Numbered from the stretch's first letter, positions 20,880 to 34,861 are shown. The stretch: 64,000 nucleotides of DNA from Oikopleura dioica (GCA_907165135.1 OU015570.1:248001-312000), one strand, 5' to 3'. The notes: generated from the letters alone by a model not told the origin. Numbers and translations are program-made.

Positions 20880-23677
20880 GATTGATTTCTATTTCAACCC
20901 TATGTCGCATAGGCTATGCATTCGTTGTATCGGCTGATTCTTCGGCTAGACCGAAGAATTGATGCTTTCAATAACACTGATTCTTCGGCTAATTGAGAAT
21001 CGTCTTGAACCGAAGCATAAATGATAAAATTGAAAGTGATTCTTCGGCAAATTTTCTAGAATCTATTGTCAAAATTTTTTCGATAAATCTTTGATTGTAA
21101 CCTATGAGTCAAAAGATATTTTCTATTGATGAAATTAAAAAACTTTTTGCAGGAAAAAAATTGATATACAGTTAACTCGCACAATTTGGCCCCGCACAAT
21201 TCGGCCCTTTTTTCGAATTCCGCTAAAACGTTAGAAACTCGCACAATTTGGCCCCCCTGCCCTCTTCATCAAACTAAAAATAGAACAAAAGTTTTATTTT
21301 ATAGATATTTATTGTTTCAAAAAAGACAGAATTGAAGACTGCTTTGTTTTCTTCTGGGTTTTGATTAACTGACAGTTAATCAACCGGGGCTTAGGGGATC
21401 CCCCCTGATTTGGCCAACTTTGAGTTAGAACTACTTTTTTTGGGCTTAGCTATCTTAGAAGTGAGGAGATTTTTTTAAAGCCCATTTCTTCATAAGCAAT
21501 CACTTGTATGGAAATCTAATTTGAAAAGGCGAATCATCTCTAAAAAAAGCCGTTAAGGCATTGATAGTCGCGAAACCCTAGTTTTGGGCCATTTTCAAAA
21601 TCGACTTTTTTCCCTCTGATATATTTCCCCGATCTTAATCTTAAAACCTTCCTTGTGCCCGAAACTACAATCTCTCGTACAGGCATCTGATTATGTCAAG
21701 GATTGAAGATTTTTTCTTTACGAAAACTTTATCGACTTATTTTGGCCACTATATATGCCACTATATAGATGCTGTCTACATATCATGTCAAATCTCGTCC
21801 GGCAACGCCCTGCAACGAAAATGCGGGCGATTTGAAAATTTCCGTTTTGGCCGAAAATCGCCTTTCTTTTGAAAAATATAATAAATAATGTTAAAAATGA
21901 ATAGAAGGGGCCGTCTCAGCCCCGTTCCTTGATTTTTAAATTTAAGGGGCTTGAGATCGGCGTTGGACTCTGAGGTGATCAATCTCAAGTTTTTCCTTTT
22001 TTTATGGTTTCTATCCAAATTTTTTATAATTTAAATTTCTTTATTTGCGGATTTATTATCTTGCTTCGACTTTTTTTCGACTCGAAAAAATCATTTTTGA
22101 GCTTTTTAAATGATAGTCTAGGTTTTCTCAGGCATAATTTTGCAAAAAATCGATTTGTCGACCCCTATACGGTATAGGCTATACCCTTAATTTTTCGAAA
22201 ATTTTTTTTGATTTTTTTCTTGATTAGGACCTCAGAAATATATCCACAAAATTTCATCCCTCCAGGTTAAGTGCAAAAAAAGTCCATTTTCCCACTGGCG
22301 CAACCCCCGATATATCCCTTTTTTGGGCTGAAGAGAAAGCCCGGAAAATTCTGATAAGAATAGTCGAAATAACGCCCAAAATTAGGAGATTATGAGGTCA
22401 CACGTGACTTGTGAAGACAAATAAAAGGGCCATTTTGGGCAAACTTTGAGCCACTTTTTAGATGCCTTTCCGTTGGAATTAATTGGCATGAAATAGCTCA
22501 AATGAAAGCTTATGAAAAACTCAAAGTTCATCTTCAAGATTTTTTAATCTAGCAGAATTTTTTTTAAGAGTGGTTTCTGCTCAGAATTTTTCACTCTTTC
22601 GTTACTTATACGGTATAACCTCTAAAATAAAATTTGAGCCTCAAGGATGTAAGACGGCCCGGTTTTGCGGTCAATGCTTGGGACAGTTCGTAAATCTCAC
22701 GATAGATTCCTAAGGAGCGAATAGTTGCAATCGAATTTTTGCGAGTTGAGCTGCGATGAGAAGGCACTGAATCACGATCGCCTCGTTTTCTTTGTGACTA
22801 AGCATGGTGAGCAGTAATGGTCGGGAGTTCTGTTGGATGGCGGTCGGTTACTTCCGGCCAATTTCCGGTGTCATTAGATGACTTCCGGTTCATTTCCGGT
22901 TCAATTCCGGTGACTTCCGGTTCGTTTCCGGTTCAGCTCTAGATCATTGCTATAAGTGTGCATCCATTTATATACCTTACAAGAGCATTACTGAGCTAAT
23001 GCTCACTTGAAACAGCGCCACCTGGTCCATGCTCTCGTGCCCCATCAAGTGTTGGCTCTCGCGCCCCACCTAGTGTCGGCTCTCCTAGTGGTGACACACT
23101 AGCGCTACCTATGGTAAGCACAAAACTTGAGATCTCATCCTGATTCATCAGTGAATGAGAATCGACTTCATTCGATGAAAGTCCAAGAACGTTCTTGATG
23201 CCCTTAGTCACTATGACTCACGATAACGAAGAATGACATCATTTGGAGAATCTACTCGAATATTCCATAGCTGTTCTAAGAAGCTTGAAGATTCATAATG
23301 GGTTCGGAACTCAGTGTGCCTCGGGCTGCGCGGAGGCGGACGATTTTCGCTCGACTCTGCGCCTGGCGCAAATTTCCACATTCAGTGTGCTGCCACCTCG
23401 GCGAAAAGCCGCTTTGCATTTTTATGATCGAGCGCCAAATACATAGAGAAAACTCCATCTACTGTGTCTTCACTGATTTTATTCTAGAGTTGTCGTAGCA
23501 GGAATTCGTAGCAACGAGGCACAGAAAGAACATGGCCTCATCGTTGACCATAGTCGTACCCTTGGACAGTAGCTTCTCAAGAGTTACTGGCCAAGGATAC
23601 TCTCGGACTCCGTTGAGAACCCAGTAACTGGTGTGCAGAAGAGCCGAGTGCTCGAATTTCCCTCTACGATCACTCGG

Positions 23678-23946
23678 GGTGTAGGGCGGCTACGTTCGAA
23701 ATTTCGAACGCCGTTCGAGATTTTTCGAACGCCGTTCGAAAAATTTCTGAAATTGCTTATAAAAATGAGCTTGTATGCGCTCCGCGCCTGATTTGTAAGA
23801 AAACTCCTTCATAATGATGCCAACTTCATCTACTTACACGATGACATTGATTTAAGCTCATTCTTAGGTCAAGATTTTTCGGAAATTTCGAACGCCGTTC
23901 GAAAAATGGGCCCAAAACCGATTTCGAACGGGGCCGCCCGCCACCC
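23678..23946. mobile_element. MULE-like MITE with TTCGAACG repeats
   Basis: TIRs GG(G)TGTAGGGCGGC / GCCGCCCGCCACCC; TSD ATCACTCG(G), 8-9 bp. Confidence 0.8.
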
Positions 23947-25533
23947 ATCACTCGGTATTGTATTTTCTATGTTTATTTTTACTTTTCGTTAATTTTTTTT
24001 TTATAATATTTTTACGTTAACTCTGTCGGTCAAGGTATGAGCCGAGCGGCGCGACTTCGCCCCTCGTCATAATTTTCTCAGTTCTAGCTCCCAGCCCTTA
24101 TTATCACGCGGTCTAGGGGGATGGTCCTGGGCGGCCAATGAGAACACCGTTTTCGAGGCAACGGATGCTTCCAAGGTCGAAAACATAATAACATGTCCGC
24201 AGTAACGGACTTTGCGCACAATCTCCTGTGAACCTGTTGATGAGAACGACAACAGTTGATCGCGGTTGTAGATCAAGTCAGTGTTACGGAATCCGGACAA
24301 GCCGTTGCGCACTAGACTTAGGCTAGCCCCATATCAGATTTTTCAAATTTTATTTTCGCGCATTTTCAACGAAAGATTTTCGTTGTAAGATTCCGAAAGG
24401 TTTCTTATCCCAAGTTTTTATCAAGCCTTGATAGTGTAGCACTCCTAGAATCTCCATCTTGCAGCAATGACTACGACAATGGAGGAACTAAAAGCCAAGA
24501 TTCTTGTGGCTCAGACTAAACTCGTTACCTACACTGATCGCCCTGCCACCACGGATGCCCAGGTTCAGGCCAAAGCTGACCTAGAAAAGGAATGCCAAAG
24601 CTGAACTCGTTCAACTAAATAAAGATGTACTTTGACGTTACTGTTTGGCTAAAAATATTTTCTGGGATAGAAACTATTGAAAATCATCCCCGAAAGGTTC
24701 GAAGACAAAAAAGGGCCTTTTTTACTGCGAACGTTTCGGGAAATCCCGAAAGATTCGGGATCCCGAAAGGTTGGAAGATTCAACCCTAGATTCCGTTACT
24801 TTAGGACACAAGCAGCGGGGCCCTGTGGCCGGAGTCACTTAGATTTGAGTGTTTTTGAAAGAATTAATCAACGAAGTTAGGGTAAGTGGGCTAGAGAAAA
24901 ATTATCTCAGCGAGCCGCGCGCAGCGAGCTACCACACCGCGCTTCACCAAAAGCCTTATCATTATTATAAAATTGAAAATAAAATTGATTTACTTTCATG
25001 ATCACCCAACTTCGACTTGCTCTCTCTCCTCTGTTTGGGCCGAGTCTGAATCCATAGTTGTGAACAAGGTCACCCAACTTTTGTTTGATCCATTTATTGA
25101 CCATCTGATCAGCTGGCTAAAATAATAAATTATTAGTCGTGAGGTATTCCTTGATGTTCGCGTTTTTCTGGATCTCATCTCTTATCAGATTTACCTACTT
25201 TTATCGAGATTAGCAACCTTTTTTGAGTTCAAATTCAAAAAACTTAATGACAACAAAATGCTCTATTCTTAATCAGAAACAAGGATTCATTTGATAAGAA
25301 AACCACCAAAAAGCATAACCATCATGGATGACAATGAGCTCAAATTAGCTTAAATTTATGCTTATGAATCACTAAACTCACTGAACCGGTTTTTACCGGT
25401 AGAACGTCATCATAGCTCACGTTTATCAAAAAATGTAAATCTTGAATTTTTGTATCTGACGATTTCAGTCAACTTTGAGGCATCAGATACTACTGATAGC
25501 ATCAAGGTTATGGGTAGGGTTAGTTAGGGTTAC

Positions 25534-26916
25534 TGAAGCTGGCAGTTACAGCGGTGAATCCTCGATTGGGAAGGACGCGCTGAATCCTCGATTGGGAAGC
25601 GGCAGCGCATATAGCAAGCCAATCTCTAGAGAAGTGCGGTGCGGACCGAATCCTCGATTGGGAAGCGGCAAGTCAAAGTGACCTTCCCAATCGAGGATTC
25701 ACCACTGTAATGGCAGCTGCCAACCGACTGCCACTTCGAAAGATATTAATTTCTTTCTAAAATTTTTTTCTAGAACCACAAAAAACAACGCAAATGATTC
25801 AAATTCGCGCCCTTGTATTTTCAATTTTTTAATCAGAAGAGACATTTAAATCTCAGATATTGTCTCTTTTATGTTTTACTTATGAATAAGACTGTTTTGA
25901 ACTTAGTTTGACTTAAATAATTTTTAAAATAATATCGAAATCGGCAGTATTTGTAGGGTGGCCTTTTTTCAAAATATTGATCCTTGACCTCTAAAGTACC
26001 ATCACCGTTCATTTCAAGTCATTTGGTCACTTGAGTCAAAAGCTCATATTTTTGCGGCCACCCTAAGTATTTGGCAGTCGACTGGCAGCTGCCGATTTTG
26101 GCAGTCACTTGGCAGTGGCAGTTGCAATTTAAAATAGGCTGGCAGTCACTTGGCAGTGGCACTCGCCATTCAAAAATGTTGTCAGTCGCTTGGCAGTGGC
26201 AGTCGCCATTTTCTTTCAGATTTCGAACTCTGCTCTTGAATATCTCACCCGGTGGTAAGGCACTTCTGATCAGCTTCTAATCACTTTAGTGCTATTTTTC
26301 TCGTCAAAAAACACCCAAAAATGGTGTCAAAGAGACTCATTTCGAAAGATCGGCTAGTTCAGTTTTTCAAAGCTTGTCTTTATGCATATGTCCGGCAAGT
26401 TTTGTTAGATTCGGCCGGAGAACCTGGAAACTAGAAAAAGGCGCGGGAATCGTTACCATCAATACCACCGAAGGATTTGATTTTCTGTATGACAATACTT
26501 GGAAGTCCAATCGGAACCTCACGTCGACTGTTTTCTCGAGTTCCAATATGAGTCCTTAGCTTCTCCAACTCATGATCGACGGCACTATCTTCAAGTCCTT
26601 CGTAAAACTGACTCCGTCAGTACTGAGCCTAAGTAGGACGAAGGTCGTTGTTGTATACGACTCTTTGACTTCTTCGAAAGTTTAAATTTCCTCGCACGCA
26701 TAATTATGGCGCATCGTAACGGTTTGAATTTTACGCTCGCTCTCTGTACCGTTTCAGGTTTCGACAAGTCAGTCGTCGAAATCGGACAACGCGGTAAGTC
26801 ACGCCCAGAACATTTAGAACGTCACGTGCAAACGTAACGTTGGAACTAACATTTAGAATTTAGATTTCCGCCCGACTCGACCAGCAGCAGAAGACGACAA
26901 CGAAGATAATTCCACT
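25534..26916 (+). repeat. Left arm of near-perfect inverted duplication
   Basis: Reverse complement of 31471-32854; about three differences noticed in 1.38 kb. Confidence 0.95.
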
Positions 26917-26980
26917 ATTCATTCTGCCCCGAGAATATTAATAAACCTAACTTAAAGACGAATTAGTCCCACGTTTCTTG

Positions 26981-26994
26981 TGGTGACTGAAGCG
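26981..26994 (+). promoter_or_regulatory. Primer-binding site TGGTGACTGAAGCG
   Basis: TGG-initiated tract downstream of AATAAA (26939-26945) and 145 bp upstream of the gag ATG; same 12-mer as the PBS of the 34862-37119 element. Confidence 0.6.
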
Positions 26995-27125
26995 CTTTTA
27001 AGCGGGCTTACGTTTCCGAAGTATTATCGGAAATCGCGTATTCTCCACATTTAGCTCTCAAGAGAGTGACATTATTAAGTCCTCTTTGAGTAAAAACATT
27101 TAGCGACGTGCCCATTTAAAGCACA

Positions 27126-28570
27126 ATGTCGAACAACCCATCTAGTATGATTGATGCTAAGGCTAACGCCCGAAGCTACGAACCGTACCGCAACCTCAGC
27201 GATTCGCAGAAACCGCCGAAGTTGTGCACGGATATTCCCCGGCAATGACGAAAATCATCTATGAAGCATGGCTGGCTCATTTTGACAGCTACGTTTCGAA
27301 GCGAATTCTAGCCAGAAGCCCAAAAAACCCATACGCTCAATTCAGCATCGATTTACCGTGCCTCTGGGATACACCCTCAGGCAGAGACATGCCGAATTGG
27401 ACGGGCTCGTGCGGTATCCCGAGCACCTTGAATGAGTTTTTGAATTGGAAGGCCACCTTTCCGAAAAGGTGCAGAGGCAAAGGCATGATTGAGTTCATCG
27501 GAGTCGATGACGACCTCAAGGACGGAGTTCTCATTTACGAAGGACCCATCGACTTGGAGGGAAGACCAGAAGGACAAAACCAAATTAATAAAGTCTTCAT
27601 TAACTTCTTCTTCCCAGGTCTGTCCAATTTTGAAAACTGGAACGAAGAAGCGAACCTCAGGTTTGCGAGGGAAGCCGTACGCAGGGCCGGGGAGACTTTC
27701 ATCACCCATTGCCGCCCGGATCACAAGAACGCAGTGAGACGATGGCAACTGGCATCAGTCAGAGCTTATGTCGACAAGCTCATTGAAGACCTGGAAGGCC
27801 CTAGCAAGAAGCCGGAATTCTTCAGGTGGTTCGCGCTGCTTCGAATGATGGCGAACAAGGAATACGCAGCCTTTACGGTCAAGAGCAAGATCGATTTGGC
27901 CCGCCCGGTCATGAGGAACAACCTGGGCGACTATTCCCGCGAAGCGGTCTCCATCGGCTACAGCTTCGAAAGGGCGGACTTCAACGAAGCCGAAGGATGG
28001 ACGCCGTTGATGGAACTTACAGCTTTCTTGAGTGGAATTCTTCCCAACTCAGAGAAGGACCTCGTGGCCATTCTGGAGTCGTTGGCGACCAGGGTTGACA
28101 AGGACAACGAATCGATCGATTTGAAGACGGTCCTCGAAAACCAACAATTCATCCTTGGGAAGTTCGAGAGGAACGCCAGAGATGACCTGCTCAACATTTG
28201 CCACGAGAAGTGGGAGTTGAGCTATGTTTGCGACCCCGAGAACCCCATGCGAGCCTATCAGGATGTGGTCGACCAGGAGGCCAAAGCCGTCAAAGAGGCT
28301 GATAAGAAGGAAAAGCCCAAGTTCAACAAATGGGCTCCGGAACGCAGGGACAAGAAGAAGCCCCCGGAATACCAAGCCAACGCCGTCTACTCTCGAAGCG
28401 ATCTGATCGTTGACGCGAACACTGGCAAGGTGTTTGCGGAGGTGAAAGAGCTCAAAATGTCCCAACAGGAGCTCGGCAGGGTGGACCAAGACAAGATCCG
28501 CTGGATGTCGAGAGGCAGATTCAGCCGACAAGTCAAGGCCAAGGTCGCGATGGCCAAGAAGGACTTGTAG
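27126..28570 (+). CDS. gag: gag-like ORF of second Ty3/gypsy element (probable 5' frameshift)
   Basis: 448-aa open frame from 27224 with ATG at 27126 in another frame; lies after a PBS and before an in-frame protease. No motif-level gag proof. Confidence 0.65.
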
Positions 28571-29839
28571 TCGAGATCGTGGGGCCCGAAACTACTTCCG
28601 GGCAAAAAGTTTAAGGCGGTTGCTTTGGAAGAAGTTAAGCGCGAGCTCGACAACATCCAACGAGTTATCAGAAACGAAGCAGGAGGTTGGCATTTAGCCC
28701 AAGAAGACGACAACAACGAGAAGACCGACAGCGACGAAGAGGAGATCACAGCCACGTCTGGAGAAGCAACCTCATCGTCTGAAGAAGGTTTGTCCGATGA
28801 ATTTGTTAAGGGGAATAACCGCATTTTTAGACTCTTAAGAGACATCCGCTCGGCAAAAGAAGAACATGCGGTCTTCAAAAAATACGATAAAAGAAATGTT
28901 TACCTTAAATTCGACTACATATCTGTTGTAGAAAACAATTCGGCTAGTAAAATTGAAACTAGGAATACTTACACTTTGGTTTCTGATACAGGAGCGAAAA
29001 CGACCCTAATTAATTGCAGGTTTTTGAAACAACTAGAGGAAAATAAATGCTCGGTTCGCAGAGAATCATGTATGCGAATAGGTTCAACGGCAGGCGGAGG
29101 GAAACTTAGGTTGTTGCCTTTTGCAGTGTCGTTTTCGTTATTTTTGGGAGCTTTGAACATTAAATCAGTGGACGCAGCCGTCCACGAAGGAAAGGACGAT
29201 AACTGGATCCTGCTTGGTGTGAGAGACTGGCAACCGAACGGTATCGAATTCAAAGCCGTCGATGGAGAAACCAAGATCGTGATCAACGATCAGCCTTTGG
29301 AGGATTATTGGACGTTTGTGAATCATGTGGAAGTGGAGGACCAAGAGTGGTCGGCCTTGAGCAGAGAATTTAATAAGATTGTCACGGAGTCTTTAGTCGC
29401 AGAAGTGAGCATCAGGTCAGAAATCGACCCAAATGACGAATTAGCCTCAATATTCTTCGATATGAAACCCACTGACAAAATAAATCCAGACGTCATGTGT
29501 GAATTTTGGAGGAAAATCGAGCAAATTCACGAGGAAAACAACAAAATCAACACAGTTGATGAGGTGATTATTGATGAATTCGGGGAAATTCTGGATTTGA
29601 ACGATCTCGAAGACAAAAATTCCTCAGGAAAATAAAAACTGCTCTTGAAGTATTTTGTCGATTTCTCGAAGACTCAGGGCGTAGTACCAGATGATCAATT
29701 CATCGTCCACGGTGAGATCAAAGCAAACCCGACAGGCAAGTTCGCTGATAAATCTTTCGAGAGATGGTCTCCTGAAGTCCAAGAACTAGTTATTAATAAA
29801 CTCAACAATGAGCCTGCAGAAAGAATTTTAAAGCCGTGA
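28571..29839 (+). pseudogene. pol: Truncated pol: acidic linker, aspartic protease, pre-RT region
   Basis: Same frame as gag after TAG; LVSDTGAKTTLIN and ILLGVRD protease motifs; TAA at 29633-29635 then in frame to 29839. RT and IN absent; cut by a CAGGGG-starting insertion at 29841. Confidence 0.8.
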
Positions 29840-31470
29840 GCAGGGGTGGATATTTTGATATCAAATCATTATTTCAACCGTTTTTGATTTGAAATTTCAA
29901 AAGATAAGCTTTTTCAACTCATTTTCGCAATTGCAAATTCATTTCAAATGATAATGGCGCGGAGCCTTTTTGAAATTTTCAACTGGTTCATTTTGCATTT
30001 TGCGAAAGGGTTTCAAATCTGGACAGATTTTTCAATCTTTTTCATTTTTCAAATCAATTTCAAATTGCTGAGCCTTGGAGGACACTAGAGGACACAATGT
30101 GTTGAAGAGGTATAAAAAGTGAAGTTGGACTCATAAATTATAGAAAATAGGAAAATTTTCTTCAAAGGTACCAATTTTTGGTCGGCTTCTCGAATTTTGT
30201 ACCACCTCCTTGACCCCCGGGACAAGGAATTCTCGCGCTCACAATTACCGTCATAGCCTGGGCTACACACTAAGACATGTGGTGCCAGAGTTGCAAATTT
30301 GCGTAGCGGAGATAGCGGAGCTGACGGCTCCGCTACGGGAAAACAGTTTTCGCTCAGCTACTGTGAAGAAAATTCTTACCAGCTCCGCTACGGCCAAAAA
30401 ATTTTTGCCAGCTCCGATTAGCTAAACTTTCCTCTCAGCTCCGCTATCTAAGCTTAGCTACTGATATTAAAATTAAGGCCCTTTTCTGTGTGAAAAAAGG
30501 CCCTTATCTGTGTAAAATAAATCCTCAGTCAGTGTAAATCACGTCCCTGGCCTTTTCAGCTATTTCGGCTTAGCTACGCTTAATTAAATTTGCAAGTCTG
30601 TACCTACAGTAACCCTAAATATCCCTAGCCTATCCCCCTCGGGTAAGTTTCTTCCGTCATTTTGCCCAGTGCCCGCTCAGTGTTTGAAAAATGGTCGAAA
30701 CTAAGATGAGCGAGTGAGCGCGAGCAGAGCCCCCTAAAATTATTCTGTCAGTGAGCGAGCGCGAGCGAAGGTTCACCGATTTTAACGTGAGTGAGCGAGC
30801 AGAAGCTCCAAAATTTTTCATGAGTGAGCGAGCAAGAGCGCTCACTCGTGATGATTTAACACTGAAATTTTCATGGCCCCAAAGATTTTAAGCTGAGCAG
30901 AACTGATCATGTACGAAAAAATTGAGCTGAGCTGAGCTGTGTAGATCAGATCAGATCATTTTTAGAAATCACTGAGATGAGCTGAGCTCCGTTTGCCCAA
31001 CTTGGGGAAACAGCGACTTCGGCAAACGGACACCAATCCAGAAATACAGAAAATTCAAAATGTCTTACCTGGGTTTACTAGTCCCAGGTCGTCGAATTCT
31101 GTTTCCTGGAAATAATGTTTTGCTTACAGAATTTTGAGAATTTCAAACTGATGAGGAGATCCGACGAGAAATCCGATATAAATACCCTACAAAAATCCGA
31201 TAAATGCCCTTATAAAAACCCGATTTTATAGAGTCGCCGAAGTTTCAGCGTTGGGTTATTGTAGGGTAGGCAGAATCCAATATAAACCCGACAAAAACGT
31301 CGGTTTTCAATCCGGTGTCGGATGGGACGTGTGACATGTCGATTCTAGGGCAGTGTTTGAAAAAATGGCCAAAACTCTCGTGAGTGAGTGAGCGCGAGCA
31401 GAGGCCCCCAGATTTTTAACATGAGTGAGCGAGCGCGAGTAGACCCTTTTGATTTTTTCATGAGCGAGCG

Positions 31471-32854
31471 AGTGGAATTATCTTCGTTGTCGTCTTCTGC
31501 TGCTGGTCGAGTCGGGCGGAAATCTAAATTCTAAATGTTAGTTCCAACGTTACGTTTGCACGTGACGTTCTAAATGTTCTGGGCGTGACTTACCGCGTTG
31601 TCCGATTTCGACGACTGACTTGTCGAAACCTGAAACGGTACAGAGAGCGAGCGTAAAATTCAAACCGTTACGATGCGCCATAATTATGCGTGCGAGGAAA
31701 TTTAAACTTTCGAAGAAGTCAAAGAGTCGTATACAACAACGACCTTCGTCCTACTTAGGCTCAGTACTGACGGAGTCAGTTTTACGAAGGACTTGAAGAT
31801 AGTGCCGTCGATCATGAGTTGGAGAAGCTAAGGACTCATATTGGAACTCGAGAAAACAGTCGACGTGAGGTTCCGATTGGACTTCCAAGTATTGTCATAC
31901 AGAAAATCAAATCCTTCGGTGGTATTGATGGTAACGATTCCCGCGCCTTTTTCTAGTTTCCAGGTTCTCCGGCCGAATCTAACAAAACTTGCCGGACATA
32001 TGCATAAAGACAAGCTTTGAAAAACTGAACTAGCCGATCTTTCGAAATGAGTCTCTTTGACACCATTTTTGGGTGTTTTTTGACGAGAAAAATAGCACTA
32101 AAGTGATTAGAAGCTGATCAGAAGTGCCTTACCACCGGGTGAGATATTCAAGAGCAGAGTTCGAAATCTGAAAGAAAATGGCGACTGCCACTGCCAAGCG
32201 ACTGACAACATTTTTTGAATGGCGAGTGCCACTGCCAAGTGACTGCCAGCCTATTTTAAATTGCAACTGCCACTGCCAAGTGACTGCCAAAATCGGCAGC
32301 TGCCAGTCGACTGCCAAATACTTAGGGTGGCCGCAAAAATATGAGCTTTTGACTCAAGTGACCAAATGACTTGAAATGAACGGTGATGGTACTTTAGAGG
32401 TCAAGGATCAATATTTTGAAAAAAGGCCACCCTACAAATACTGCCGATTTCGATATTATTTTAAAAATTATTTAAGTCAAACTAAGTTCAAAACAGTCTT
32501 ATTCATAAGTAAAACATAAAAGAGACAATATCTGAGATTTAAATGTCTCTTCTGATTAAAAAATTGAAAATACAAGGGCGCGAATTTGAATCATTTGCCT
32601 TGTTTTTTGTGGTTCTAGAAAAAAATTTTAGAAAGAAATTAATATCTTTCGAAGTGGCAGTCGGTTGGCAGCTGCCATTACAGTGGTGAATCCTCGATTG
32701 GGAAGGTCACTTTGACTTGCCGCTTCCCAATCGAGGATTCGGTCCGCACCGCACTTCTCTAGAGATTGGCTTGCTATATGCGCTGCCGCTTCCCAATCGA
32801 GGATTCAGCGCGTCCTTCCCAATCGAGGATTCACCACTGTAACTGCCAGCTTCA
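31471..32854 (-). repeat. Right arm of inverted duplication
   Basis: Mirror of 25534-26916 (coordinate sums 58387/58388). Confidence 0.95.
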
Positions 32855-34160
32855 AGTGACAGTCGTGGCAGTACTGCCAACAAATTTCGAACTCTGTTCA
32901 AGAGTACCCTTGGAAGAAAGCTAAGGGTCGATTCTATCAACACACCGAAAAATTCAAGATTTCACTTTCAAGGGGTCGAATGTGATAAATATTTCGGCAG
33001 GCAGCCGAATGGAATATACAAATAAGACTCGTTTTTAGGAAAAATATTTGGGTACGAGCCGAAACAAAAACAGTATTTGATGTCTTTTGAGGAGATTATC
33101 ATCCTGATTTGCGCTGGTAAGTGCATTCAATGAGTGTGCCTTATCAATTTTCACCTAAAAATCTCGAGTTATTTTCTGTTCTCATACTCAGAAACTCATC
33201 TCTGGCTTCATTCTTCATTTCGCAAAAATAAAGGAAGCCGATGAATCATCGGCGATGATAAAAAATTGAAATCGTAGTATCTGCTTTAATTAAGGTTAGG
33301 GTTAGGGGCACCTGCAAAAGTGACGGAACAAATTATCCGAGGGGGATAGGCTAGGGTTAGTTAGGGTTACTAAAGGTAACCCTAAGTAACCCTTGACTAG
33401 ACCCCGGCATCTTAGGACCTAAGGGGCGAAGCCCCGTGGTCAGGGAACTTGGATTCCTCGATTTCTGTCATCTTGCTCGCTTTTTTGCCGAAATCTTATT
33501 GCTAGAAACGACCTTAAAAGTGAAAAAGATTTCGGTAGCCTGCCGTAATATTTTTGTGAAAAAAGTGAAAAAGTTTCGGCTGTTACCGAAATATTAATCA
33601 GAAAATAAGCTCACCATATTTCGGTAGTTTTACCGAAACATTTTTCCATACTACCGTTCTACCGGTAAAAACCGGTTCAGTGAGTTAATCGATTCATAAG
33701 CTTAAATTTAAGTTAATTTGAGCTCATTGTCATCCATGTTGGTTATGCTTTTTGGTGGTTCTCTTATCAAATGAATTCTTGTTTCTGATTAAGAATAGAG
33801 GAGCGGTTGAGCATTTTGTTGTCATTCTGTTTTTTGAATTTGAACTCAAAAAGGTTGCTAATCTCGATGAGAGTAGGTCAATCTGATAAGAGATGAGATC
33901 CAGAAAAACGCGAACATCAAGAAATACCTCACGACTAATAATCTCTCACTTCTGCGGCAGTGAATTCGCATCGCTTCGCTTTCGCTCTTTGTAAATTCAA
34001 TTCGCTTCGCTTTCGCTTTTTATGAAAAATTTTCGGGAAAATTTTGCTCAAAATAAATCGTTCTAAGAGTTGAATATTTTTTATTTTTATTTATAAATAA
34101 GAATGTGCACAACATCCTCAGAATTGCAATAATTGCCCTTTATTTTTCAAAAATAGTAAG

Positions 34161-34307
34161 GAAATCAATAAAGCTAGAAAGTTATATAAGAAAATATATT
34201 AGTTCAACTGTCCAGGCGAAAATCGACGATAGGCAAAAACTAGATTATCTTTCCGAGATAAGAAAAGCTTTCCAATCTTTTTGTAAAATAAATAGTGGAC
34301 ATCAAGG
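34161..34307 (+). CDS. ADCY10: Soluble adenylyl cyclase-like exon (start of C2)
   Basis: LESYIRKYISSTVQAKIDDRQKLDYLSEIR resembles sAC LQKYVMESILKQID...YLSELR. Boundaries approximate. Confidence 0.7.
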
Positions 34308-34498
34308 GTATGAAGAAATTTGACAATGTGCAATGACTTATTGCGTGTGAGCCAATGAGTTACTGCATCTAAAGATTGAATTTTGGGGTAAAATTTTCCC
34401 CCGGAAAATCGGGCGGCCACGGTACAAAAGTGAAATTTGTACCGGCGGTACAAAATTTAATAATACTGCCAAATACTGCCGATTTCGATATTATTTAA

Positions 34499-34631
34499 CC
34501 CGTTAACAGGGCAGTAGGCTTTTGCCTACGCAAGAGCCCGTCGGTGATTGATTCAAATCATGAACCCGCACACGCGATTGGTTACTCATTTCCACGCGTG
34601 GAGATTAAATCTCCACGGGGCTGTTAACGGG
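34499..34631. mobile_element. piggyBac-type MITE
   Basis: TTAA-CCCGTTAACAG...CTGTTAACGGG-TTAA. Confidence 0.85.
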
Positions 34632-34861
34632 TTAAAATATTATACAGTCGTGGCAGAACTGCCAACAAATTTCGAACTCTGCGGTTCGGGAACGCAGCAC
34701 TTACAAAGGGTGCGGAAACTCCTCACACCACTTAACTAAAGCCTTTAGCATTAACTTCTTCCAGAAATATAGGTATGTGCTTTTTAAAATTTGCTATAAT
34801 CCCGGAAATATGGCCCTAAAAAGGCAGAAATTAGCGACGCGCAGCTCGCTCAGCGCGCGAT

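Noticed and set aside
27337-29286. Several 60-163-aa antisense and off-frame ORFs over the second gag/protease
   Set aside because: Expected shadows of a GC-richer coding strand; no motifs.
31148-31175. CTGATGA...GAGAAA as a third hammerhead
   Set aside because: No stem II adjoining GAAA, and no stem III/UH/stem I arrangement.
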